A stretch of 64,000 bases of DNA from Anaeromyxobacteraceae bacterium. GTDB taxonomy: Bacteria > Myxococcota > Myxococcia > Myxococcales > Anaeromyxobacteraceae. Within the stretch, counting starts at the first letter, position 1, and every line of letters begins with the position of its first letter. The notes beneath the pieces were generated by a model that made no database searches, had not been told where the DNA came from, and worked only from the letters and a program-made list of their open reading frames with translations. Shown here one piece after another: positions 38,069-46,209 of the stretch. The stretch is taken from positions 1,184,001 through 1,248,000 of the forward strand of contig JAULAX010000015.1 in assembly GCA_032654565.1 (NCBI GenBank), read 5' to 3'. Made by a program: the position numbers and the translations under genes.

Positions 38069-38953
38069 ATGCGCCTCCGCCTCGGCTTCATCGGGCTCGG
38101 AACCATGGGCGGGCCCGTCGCCAACAACCTGCGCAAGGCAGGTCATGAGCTGGTGGTCTGGACCAGGACACCGTCCAGCGCCGACACCCTGGTGAAGAAG
38201 GGGGCGACCCGGGCCGACACGCCGCGCGCCTGCGCCGCCGGCCGCGACGCCGTCTTCATCTGCCTCACCGACGACCAGGCCAACGACGCCGTGCTCGACG
38301 GCCCCGACGGGGTGCTGGCCGGCCTCGGAAAGGGGGCGGTGCTGGTCGACCTCGGCACCTCCGGCACCCGCTCCACCCGCGCCATCGGCGAGCGGGTGAC
38401 CAGGCAGGGCGGCCTCTTCGTGGCCGCGCCGGTGCTCGGCTCGCGCGCCGCCGCCGAGAAGGCGCAGCTGGTGGTGGTGGCCGGCGGGCCGCCTGAGGCG
38501 CTGGCCCGGGTCCGCCCGGCGCTCCACGCCATCGGCGCCCGGCTCTTCGAGCTCGACACCGCGGTCCACGCCTCGCTCACCAAGCTCTGCATCGCCGTGG
38601 TCGGGGCGGCCATGGCCACCGGCCTGGGGGAGGCGCTGACGCTGGGCGCCTCCGGCGGGCTCGACCCGGCCAAGGTGCTGGAGGTGCTGCAGGCCTCCGG
38701 CTTCCACTCCCCGTTCCACCTGATGAAGGGGGAGCAGATGCTGGCCGGCGACTACGCGCCGCGGGTGGCGGCCCGGCTGGTGGAGAAGGACCAGCGGCTG
38801 GCGCAGGAGGCGGCGGGCGAGCAGGGGGCCCGGCTGCCGGTCAACGCGGCGGCGCGCAAGCTGCTGGCCGACGCGGTGGCCTCGGGGCGCGGCGACCAGG
38901 ACCTGGCGGTGGTGGCCGACCTGCTCTTCGAGTGGGCGCAGGTGAAGCGCTAA
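38069..38953 (+). CDS. Beta-hydroxyacid (3-hydroxyisobutyrate) dehydrogenase family
   Basis: GFIGLGTMG, APVLGS, catalytic Lys in TKL, KDQRLA. Confidence 0.88.
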   Translation: MRLRLGFIGLGTMGGPVANNLRKAGHELVVWTRTPSSADTLVKKGATRADTPRACAAGRDAVFICLTDDQANDAVLDGPDGVLAGLGKGAVLVDLGTSGTRSTRAIGERVTRQGGLFVAAPVLGSRAAAEKAQLVVVAGGPPEALARVRPALHAIGARLFELDTAVHASLTKLCIAVVGAAMATGLGEALTLGASGGLDPAKVLEVLQASGFHSPFHLMKGEQMLAGDYAPRVAARLVEKDQRLAQEAAGEQGARLPVNAAARKLLADAVASGRGDQDLAVVADLLFEWAQVKR

Positions 38954-39036
38954 TCGCGCGGGCTTCAGCCCGCGCAACCCGTCCAGGGGAGCACGGTGGC
39001 GCTTCTCCCGCTCCTCGGGTGCGACGGGTGTCGCTC

Positions 39037-40248
39037 CTAGGCGTACCTGGCCAGCGCCTTCTTGACCGCTTCTTCAAAGTGCCTGGCCGCCGCCGCCGGC
39101 CCGATCACCTCGGCGCCGCCGCCGAAGGAGAGGGCGAAGCGGGTGGCCCACTCCTCCGACACCCCCTTCAGCACCACCACCGCGCCGCCGTCGTCGGTCC
39201 GCTTCACCAGCTCCATGCCCCCGGGGCGGGCCAGCGCCCAGGCCGCCGCCAGCGGATCGAGCCGCACCCGGATCCCCTCGCCGGTCGGCTCGGAGAAGAG
39301 CCGGGCCCGGGCCAGCTCGGCGTCGGAGGGGGGCTCGAAGACCTGGTCGGTGAGCGCGCACTCGCTGATCCGGTCGATGCGGAAGGCCAGCGGCTTGGCG
39401 CGCGCGGCGTCGTGGCCGTAGAGGTACCAGTGGCCCAGCCGCTGGGCCAGCGTGTAGGGGTGCACGGTGCGCACCGCCTCGGTGTCCGACGACGCCGAGA
39501 GGTAGGTGATGGCCACGGCGCGCCGCTCGGCGATGGCCCGCTGCAGCCGCCCCAGCACCGAGCCGCGGGCCGGCGGGGCCCCGGCGTAGATGCGGTCCAC
39601 CAGCTCGTCGAAGGAGGCGCGCCGGTCGCGCGGCACCGAGTCGCGCAGCGCCTTGACGGCCCGCTCCCGCCCCTCGCCGCCCAGGGCGTTGGCGGCCGCG
39701 GCCAGCGCCGCCGCCTCGCTCTCGGTGAAGCGGGGCGGGCGGATGAAGCTCTGGTGCAGCGCCACGTGGACCCGGTCCCCCTCCACGTAGAGGTCGAGGA
39801 AGTCGTCGGGGGCGAAGGGGGGCGAGCCCACCTCCATGAGGAAGTCGAGGTCCTCGAGCAGCTCCGACTCGGTGACGCCGCAGCGGCGGGCCAGCTCGCG
39901 GACGTGGATGCCGGGGTGCTGCACGGCGAAGGGGACCAGGAAGAGCACCCGCCGCAGCCGCTCGCGCGGGTCGTTCCGGCCGGCCTCGGCCTCGCGGCGG
40001 GGGGTGGGCGGCGCCGCGGCGCCGGGGGCCGGGCCCGGCGGGGCCGTGGGTCGTGCCCTGGGTGCGGCGCGGACCGGGGCGCCTGGCGGGGCGCTGGGAC
40101 GTGGCTTCGGAGCGGCCGTGGCCGCGGGACGGGTCGCGGCCCGGGTCTTCACCGCGGACTTCGACCTCGGCGCCAGGCCGGCCCGGGTCGAGGCCCCGCC
40201 GGCCCGGGCCCGCTTGGCCGCGGCCGGTCGCCGCCTGGCCGCGCTCAC
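39037..40248 (-). CDS. WYL-domain regulator, PafC-like, with basic N-terminal extension
   Basis: HTH (ELARRCGVTESELLEDL..L..VG.PP..PDD..D), RPPRFT, RTVHPY, WYLYGHD, FRIDRI, WCX C-terminus. Confidence 0.88.
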   Translation of the reverse strand: MSAARRRPAAAKRARAGGASTRAGLAPRSKSAVKTRAATRPAATAAPKPRPSAPPGAPVRAAPRARPTAPPGPAPGAAAPPTPRREAEAGRNDPRERLRRVLFLVPFAVQHPGIHVRELARRCGVTESELLEDLDFLMEVGSPPFAPDDFLDLYVEGDRVHVALHQSFIRPPRFTESEAAALAAAANALGGEGRERAVKALRDSVPRDRRASFDELVDRIYAGAPPARGSVLGRLQRAIAERRAVAITYLSASSDTEAVRTVHPYTLAQRLGHWYLYGHDAARAKPLAFRIDRISECALTDQVFEPPSDAELARARLFSEPTGEGIRVRLDPLAAAWALARPGGMELVKRTDDGGAVVVLKGVSEEWATRFALSFGGGAEVIGPAAAARHFEEAVKKALARYA

Positions 40249-41246
40249 CCGCCCCTCCGGGCCAGGTCGGCGAGGATGGCGCGGGCCCGCTCGCGCAGCG
40301 GCTTCGGCGAGAGCAGCTCGGCCCGGTCGCCCAGGGAGAGCACGTGGCGCACCAGCCCCTCGCCGTTGGTGGCGTCGAGCTCGATCACCGTGGCGGCGCC
40401 GTCCTCCTTGCGCAGGGCCCGCGGGCCGAAGCTGGCCAGCACCTCGGGCGAGACCGGCGGCTCCAGCCGGATCCGGGCCCGCTGCGGGGCGTGGACGGTG
40501 AACTCCCAGGTCTCGCGGGTGGCCACCTCGGCCAGCGGCAGGTCCTTGCGCGGGGTGAAGTCGGGGGTGCGCGGGGCCTTCTGGTTGACGGTGAGCTGCT
40601 CGATCCGGGCCAGGTGGAAGGTGCGCTGGGCCCGGCGCAGGTGGCACCAGCCGGTGAGGAACCAGGCGCCCCCCTTCTGGAAGAGGCCGTAGGGGTCGAC
40701 CTCCCGCTCGGTGCGGGCCCGCCGCTCGGCCCCGGCGTAGCCGAGCCGCACCCGCTTCTTCAGGGCCACCGCCCGGGAGAGCTCCTCGAGCAGCGAGGTG
40801 CCGGCCCCCGCCGCGTCGGGGCGGGAGAGGTGGGTGGTGGCCAGCGCCGCCGCCTCCGAGGCGCCCGGGGCCCGCGCCGCGAAGCTCAGCTTGTTCATGG
40901 CGTGGGCGAGATCGCGGGAGTAGGGGAAGGCCCCGGAGGCCAGCGCCGCCGAGCCGGCCACGTAGAGCATGGCCAGGTCCTCGGGCGGCAGCTTCAGGTC
41001 GGGCAGGTAGAACTCGTCGCGGTCGATCAGGTAGCCGGCGGCCTGGTCCTCGTCCCCCGCCTCGTAGCGGATGGGGATGGCCAGCTCCAGCAGGTCGGCC
41101 TTGTCGCGCTCGAACTTGCGGATGGCGGCCTCGCCGGTGCCGCCGTAGTCCTCGGCGAACTGCTCCTGGATCTCGCGCCAGGAGACCGGCTCCGCGGCGC
41201 GCAGGAGGAACGCCGCCAGGTCGAGTAAACGCGCCGCTTTCTGCAC
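40245..41246 (-). CDS. WYL-domain regulator, PafB-like
   Basis: RLLDL...RKFERDKADL.ELAIPI, GYLID, REVDPYGL, WFLTGWC, TFHLARI. Confidence 0.9.
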   Translation of the reverse strand: MQKAARLLDLAAFLLRAAEPVSWREIQEQFAEDYGGTGEAAIRKFERDKADLLELAIPIRYEAGDEDQAAGYLIDRDEFYLPDLKLPPEDLAMLYVAGSAALASGAFPYSRDLAHAMNKLSFAARAPGASEAAALATTHLSRPDAAGAGTSLLEELSRAVALKKRVRLGYAGAERRARTEREVDPYGLFQKGGAWFLTGWCHLRRAQRTFHLARIEQLTVNQKAPRTPDFTPRKDLPLAEVATRETWEFTVHAPQRARIRLEPPVSPEVLASFGPRALRKEDGAATVIELDATNGEGLVRHVLSLGDRAELLSPKPLRERARAILADLARRGG

Positions 41247-41324
41247 GGTGGGAAACCTCGCATCGCGGCCCGGGGGAGTCAACGTGTGGTAGCGTCTGGC
41301 TCCTTCTCTTCGGCGGCGGTGCGC

Positions 41325-41975
41325 ATGGCAGGCCTCGGCCTCGGACCAGCGGACTTCAAGCTCTTCGAGATCGACGACCCGGGGCGGCGGGCCGTCGCCC
41401 TGGACGGCACGCTCCAGCCCAAGCTCGAGCTCATCGCCGAGCAGTGCGTGGGCGGGCTCTCCCGGCTGAGCGGTCGCTCGCTCCACGCCCACCCGGCCCG
41501 GCCGGCCCCCCGCCGCGGCCAGGGGCCCGAGGAGGTGCTGGTGGCCTTCTGCGACTCGACGAAGGGGTGGCGGGGGCTCCCCTACCTGGGCGTGGCGGTG
41601 ACCCGGGCCCACCTGCACGCCCGCATCGGCGTGCGCGGCGAGTCCCCCCGCTGGCCGGCCATGGGCGAGGCGCTGCGGCGCGAGGCGCCCAACCTGGCCA
41701 GGAAGGGGAAGCCCTTCCGCAAGCTGCGCACCTTCGGCGGGTGGGACCACGAGGCGCTGCCGGAGCTGGCGGCGGCCCACACCGCCGCCTTCTGGGAGGA
41801 GCTGGCCGAGGGGCTGGCGGCCGGCGGCCCGGGGCTGGACGTGGGGGTGGCCTTCGGCGCCGAGGAGGCCCGCAGCCTGGCGCTGGGCGACCTGCTGGGG
41901 GTGTTCCGCGACCTGGCGCCGCTCTACAAGGTGCTGGCGGCCGCCGCCGCGCAGGGTGGCGACGCCCCGGCGTGA
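41325..41975 (+). CDS. Hypothetical protein, YktB/DUF1054-like
   Basis: DFKLFEI....R...L...LQPKL, H.HPAR, VAFC..KGW..LP, FRDLAPLY. Confidence 0.6.
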   Translation: MAGLGLGPADFKLFEIDDPGRRAVALDGTLQPKLELIAEQCVGGLSRLSGRSLHAHPARPAPRRGQGPEEVLVAFCDSTKGWRGLPYLGVAVTRAHLHARIGVRGESPRWPAMGEALRREAPNLARKGKPFRKLRTFGGWDHEALPELAAAHTAAFWEELAEGLAAGGPGLDVGVAFGAEEARSLALGDLLGVFRDLAPLYKVLAAAAAQGGDAPA

Positions 41976-41988
41976 TCCACCTCCCGGG

Positions 41989-43582
41989 GGGCGCACGATC
42001 AGATTGAGCAGCGGTCGGTGTCCCTGGTGCCGTAGCGGGCGTACTCGAAGTGGTCGCGGCCGCCGTGGTTGGCGCGGGGGCGGGTGGCCGTGGCGTGGTG
42101 GGCGCGGCGAATGGCGGCGTAGAAGCGGCGGGCGCCGCCGGTGCGGTAGGCGGCGCGCAGGCGGGCCATGCGGCGGGCGTTGCGGATGGCCCAGCGCTGG
42201 CCGGCCCGCTTCATGCGGGTCTGGAGGACGTGGCGGTGGGCGCTCTCGATGGCGCCGCTGCCGATGGGGAAGCCGTTGGCCCGGTACAGGGCGTACTTCA
42301 TCCGGTTGGCGTTGCTCCGGTAGTAGCCGATCAGGTTCTCGGCAGCGTCGAGGGACTCCCGCTGGTTTCGCCTGGGGATGAACTCCAGGCAATCCATCAA
42401 CTCGCTGATGACGGCCGGGATCTTGCCCGTCGACAGCAACTCCTCGGCCCGCCGCTGCCACAGCGGCAGCCAGGGGCTCTCCTCGCCCAGCAGCACGCGG
42501 CCGCACTCCACCGCGTGCTCCACGGCGTGGTGCCAGTCGAGGATCTGCACCGCATCCGGCGAGAGCTGCTCGGCCAGCGTCCAGTTGCAGGCCGCGCCGT
42601 CACCCAGCCAGATCACCACGCCGGCCTCGTCGATCCGCTCGGCCTGGAGCAGCTCCTCCAGCACCGGCGAGAAGTTCCCGAGGCCGCCCACCACCGCGGC
42701 GTAGCGAGCGGTGCCGGGCATCGGCTCGTTCACGGCGACGTCGTGCCGGTAGGTCACGCCCACCTTGGCCTCCTTCCAAGCCTCGGCGCCGCGGATCGGC
42801 AGCATGCTGCCGTCCACCTCGACCACCAGCGCCTTCGGCGCCTCTCCCTTCGGCTTCAGCTCCTCCTGCAAGTAGAGCTGGTCGGCCGCCTCGCACTGCG
42901 CGCCCACCCGCGCCACCACGCGGCGGAGCAGGTTCTCCGAGATCGGCTCGGCGTAGTGCAGGCTCCAGCGGGCCGCGCACTCGCCGTAGACGTCGTTCAC
43001 CGCGAAGTCGAGCACTCGCTTCTCCATCTCGCTGGTCAGCTCGCCCTCCTCGGGCAGGTCGAGCAGCCGATCCACCGGGTAGAAGCCGTACTGGCACGCC
43101 TCGCAGTAGTGGTAGTTGCGCCTGAACGTCACCGGGCCGGCCAGGCTCCGCGCCGTCCGCTCGCGGTCACGGGCCTTCACCGCCACCCGCTTGCCGCACT
43201 TCGGGCAGGCCTTCGCCGTCGGCTTCTCCGGCTTCATCCGCGAGAGCATCAGCGCGATGGACGGCTCCCGGTCATCCCGGGTCGCCTTCTCCACCGAGAG
43301 CTCCATCTCGCTCATCGTCATCCCTTCGTGGAAGTGCTCGTCCGCATGCCGCCGGGCGAGCTCCTCGACGAGGTCCTTCTCCGAGAACTGCTTCAGTGCG
43401 CGCTTTCGGGCCATGCCCGAAAAAGATCATGCCCGGGCCAACCTGTCGATCTCCCGTACCGGGAGCGGGCAGCCCGCACCCCGGCCCCGATCACCCGGCC
43501 GGTCCAAGCCCGCAGACCGATGGGGCTTTCCCCGCGCCCCGGATCGGCCGCCAAAGAGATTCCTCAACTCGGGCGTGCGCCC
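41989..43582 (-). mobile_element. ISKra4-family (Mutator-like) insertion sequence, about 1.6 kb
   Basis: Terminal inverted repeats GGGCGCACG-N6-TTGAG at both ends; 9-bp direct repeat CCTCCCGGG at 41980-41988 and 43583-43591. Confidence 0.85.
41999..43414 (-). CDS. ISKra4-family DDE transposase
   Basis: CPKC...CEAC, EVDG, GDGA, LDWHHA, IGSGAIESA, RMKRAG.RW. Confidence 0.92.
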   Translation of the reverse strand: MARKRALKQFSEKDLVEELARRHADEHFHEGMTMSEMELSVEKATRDDREPSIALMLSRMKPEKPTAKACPKCGKRVAVKARDRERTARSLAGPVTFRRNYHYCEACQYGFYPVDRLLDLPEEGELTSEMEKRVLDFAVNDVYGECAARWSLHYAEPISENLLRRVVARVGAQCEAADQLYLQEELKPKGEAPKALVVEVDGSMLPIRGAEAWKEAKVGVTYRHDVAVNEPMPGTARYAAVVGGLGNFSPVLEELLQAERIDEAGVVIWLGDGAACNWTLAEQLSPDAVQILDWHHAVEHAVECGRVLLGEESPWLPLWQRRAEELLSTGKIPAVISELMDCLEFIPRRNQRESLDAAENLIGYYRSNANRMKYALYRANGFPIGSGAIESAHRHVLQTRMKRAGQRWAIRNARRMARLRAAYRTGGARRFYAAIRRAHHATATRPRANHGGRDHFEYARYGTRDTDRCSI

Positions 43583-43594
43583 CCTCCCGGGCGG

Positions 43595-43616
43595 TGTCAG
43601 ACCCCCCGGCTAGCCT
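43595..43616 (+). promoter_or_regulatory. PafBC-type (RecA-NDp-like) promoter
   Basis: TGTCAG-ACCCCCCGGC-TAGCCT equals TGTCRG-N10-TANNNT. Confidence 0.6.
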
Positions 43617-43667
43617 CCTCGAGTCGCCCCAGCACCCGGGGCGGCGCTCTCTCCGCTGGAGGTTCAG

Positions 43668-44120
43668 ATGGCCGTCAAGGTCATGGTCGCGCCCGCCCTC
43701 GTGCGCGGCGCCGAGTCGAAGTCGGTAGTCGCCAGGAAGGCCAGCCCGGCCGGTGAGTCGCCTCGCCCCAGGCGGCGGCGGTCCTCGATCTACGACGCCG
43801 ACGGCAGCGAGGTCTTCATCACCCTGATGTGCCTGAAATGCCACCAGATGCGGCCTCTGTCGCAGTTCGGCCTGCGCAAGATGGCCGACGGCGCCATCCG
43901 CAACCAGCCCTGGTGCCGCCCCTGCCGCTCGGCCGCGGGCACCGGCAAGGGGAAGCTCAAGGAAGCTGCAGTGGAGATGGAGTCCACAGAAACTGTAGTC
44001 CCCGTGAGCACCCTGTCCGAGCCCTCGCCGCTGGCCTCCGAGGCCGAGGCGCCGCGAGCCCGCGATGGCCAGCTCGCCGCCCAGGTGGCCGCGGCCCTGG
44101 CCGCCGGCCTCGGGCGCTGA
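43668..44120 (+). CDS. Small CxxC-x24-CxxC zinc-finger protein of unknown function
   Basis: GGAGG ribosome-binding site; CLKCHQMRPLSQFGLRKMADGAIRNQPWCRPC. Confidence 0.78.
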   Translation: MAVKVMVAPALVRGAESKSVVARKASPAGESPRPRRRRSSIYDADGSEVFITLMCLKCHQMRPLSQFGLRKMADGAIRNQPWCRPCRSAAGTGKGKLKEAAVEMESTETVVPVSTLSEPSPLASEAEAPRARDGQLAAQVAAALAAGLGR

Positions 44121-44387
44121 TCCGGCCTCGCTGATCGGGCCGGTCGGGCGGAGCGCGGCGCTCCAGATCCCCGGTTTCCGTGCGGTTTAGGGTCGCAGTC
44201 CGCCCTGCGCGCTTCTTACCGAGGCCGGATTTCGCTGGGCCAAATCCTAAATAGACCTTCTGGCTCCACGACTTACGCCCGTTTCTCGTTTGCAGTTGGC
44301 GAGAACGCACAAGTAGTATGCGTCCCCTCGGTACATCCCGAAGGTTCGTGACGCTGCACCTACCCGCCCCCGGCTGGAGGAAACACC

Positions 44388-45716
44388 ATGGCTGACTCCA
44401 ATTTGAAGCTGAAGCTCAAGGAGAAGATCGAGGCGCATCGTCCCCGCATCACCAAGCTCAACAAGGAGTTTGGCGAGGTGGTGATCGACAAGGTCAACAT
44501 CGGCCAGTGCATCGGCGGCGCGCGCGACATCCGCTCGCTGGTGACCGACATCTCCTACCTGGACCCGCAGGAGGGCATCCGCTTCCGCGGCCGCACCATC
44601 CCGGAGACCTTCGCCGCCCTCCCCAAGGCGCCGGGCAGCGACCAGCCCTACGTCGAGGGGTTCTTCTGGTACCTGCTGACCGGCGACGTGCCGACCATGG
44701 CGCAGACCCTGGAGGTGGTGGAGGACTGGCGCGCCCGCGCCGAGGTCCCCCAGTACGTCATCGACGTGCTCCGCGCCCTGCCGCGCGACTCGCACCCCAT
44801 GGCCCTCTTCTCCTCGGCCATCCTGTCGATGCAGCGTGAGTCGATCTTCTTCAAGAAGTACAGCGAGGGCGGCCTGAAGAAGAACGACATGTGGGATCCC
44901 ATGTACGAGGACTCCATGAACCTGCTGGCCAAGCTGCCGGCCATCGCCGCGTACATCTACCGGATGAAGTACAAGGGCGACACCTTCATCGCCCCGGATC
45001 CGAAGCTCGACTGGGGCGCGAACTTCGCCCACATGATCGGGCAGAAGAAGCCGTACGACGACGTGGCCCGGATGTACTTCATCCTCCACTCCGACCACGA
45101 GTCGGGCAACGTCTCGGCGCACACCACCCACCTGGTGGCCTCGGCGCTCAGCGACGCCTACTACTCCCTGTCGGCCGGCATCAACGGCCTGGCCGGCCCG
45201 CTCCACGGCCTCGCCAACCAGGAGGTGCTGGGCTGGATCCAGAACGTCATGAAGAAGCTGAACAACAAGGTGCCCACCAAGGAGGAGCTGAAGCAGTTCC
45301 TCTGGGACACCCTGAACTCCGGCCAGGTCATCCCGGGCTACGGCCACGCCGTGCTCCGCAAGACCGATCCGCGCTACGTGGCGCAGAACGAGTTCTCCAA
45401 GAAGCACCTCCCCAATGACCCGCTCTTCCAGCTGGTCAACATGATCTACGAGGTGGCGCCGGGCGTCCTCACCGAGCACGGCAAGACCAAGAACCCCTGG
45501 CCGAACGTCGACGCGCACTCCGGCGTCATCCAGTGGTACTACGGCGTCCGCGAGTGGGACTTCTACACCGTCCTCTTCGGCGTCGGCCGCGCCCTCGGCG
45601 TGCTCGCCAACATCACCTGGGACCGTGGCCTCGGCTACGCCATCGAGCGCCCCAAGTCGGTCACCACCGACATGCTGGAGAAGTGGGCGGCCGAGGGTGG
45701 CCGCAAGCTGGCCTAG
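44388..45716 (+). CDS. gltA: Citrate synthase, eukaryote-like (Geobacter-type)
   Basis: GIRFRG, HSDHESGNVSAH, GPLHGLANQEV, PGYGHAVLRKTDPRY, WPNVDAHSG, IERPKS. Confidence 0.95.
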   Translation: MADSNLKLKLKEKIEAHRPRITKLNKEFGEVVIDKVNIGQCIGGARDIRSLVTDISYLDPQEGIRFRGRTIPETFAALPKAPGSDQPYVEGFFWYLLTGDVPTMAQTLEVVEDWRARAEVPQYVIDVLRALPRDSHPMALFSSAILSMQRESIFFKKYSEGGLKKNDMWDPMYEDSMNLLAKLPAIAAYIYRMKYKGDTFIAPDPKLDWGANFAHMIGQKKPYDDVARMYFILHSDHESGNVSAHTTHLVASALSDAYYSLSAGINGLAGPLHGLANQEVLGWIQNVMKKLNNKVPTKEELKQFLWDTLNSGQVIPGYGHAVLRKTDPRYVAQNEFSKKHLPNDPLFQLVNMIYEVAPGVLTEHGKTKNPWPNVDAHSGVIQWYYGVREWDFYTVLFGVGRALGVLANITWDRGLGYAIERPKSVTTDMLEKWAAEGGRKLA

Positions 45717-45743
45717 GCCACGCCACCGGAGCCACCGCTGCAC

Positions 45744-45773
45744 CGGGAGCCGCCTCGCGAGGGGCGGCTCTCG
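45744..45773 (+). terminator. Hairpin terminator after gltA
   Basis: CGGGAGCCGCC...GGCGGCTCTCG stem. Confidence 0.55.
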
Positions 45774-45906
45774 CCGTTCCGGGGGGGGGGGGCCGGGGGC
45801 GGGCCGGTGGTCCGGAGGCGGCCGGGGAGGGCGTCGCCGTTCCTTGACCTCACGGGGCCCCACGGGTAGCGTCGAACCCTCTGTATTTCGAAAGGGGTTT
45901 ACTCCC

Positions 45907-46209
45907 GTGCGGCTCCTCCTCGCCCTCCTGGCGCTCACCTTCGTCGCGGGCTGCGGACCCATCCAATCGACCTCCGCGCTGATCGACGCGGACGTCGAGA
46001 TCGAGGGGGCCCGGGCCGCCGGCGCCCAGGCCACCGCCACCTTCGAGTTCACCACCGCCGAGGCCTACCTGCGCAAGGCGCGCGAGCTGGCCGGCTACTC
46101 CCAGTACGAGAACGCCGCGGTCTTCGCCGCCAGGTCGCGCGAGATTGCCAAGGAGGCGCGCATCAAGGCGCTGGCCGCCAGCAACCGCCCCGAGAAGGAG
46201 GCCCCGTGA
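45907..46209 (+). CDS. DUF4398 lipoprotein
   Basis: Lipobox VAGC, ARAAGA, AEAYLRKARE. Promoter TTGACC-N17-TAGCGT at 45844-45872. Confidence 0.75.
   Translation: MRLLLALLALTFVAGCGPIQSTSALIDADVEIEGARAAGAQATATFEFTTAEAYLRKARELAGYSQYENAAVFAARSREIAKEARIKALAASNRPEKEAP

Noticed and set aside
45781..45792. G12 tract as a phase-variation switch
   Set aside because: It is intergenic, about 50 bp upstream of the -35 rather than in the spacer, and homopolymer length is unreliable in this assembly.
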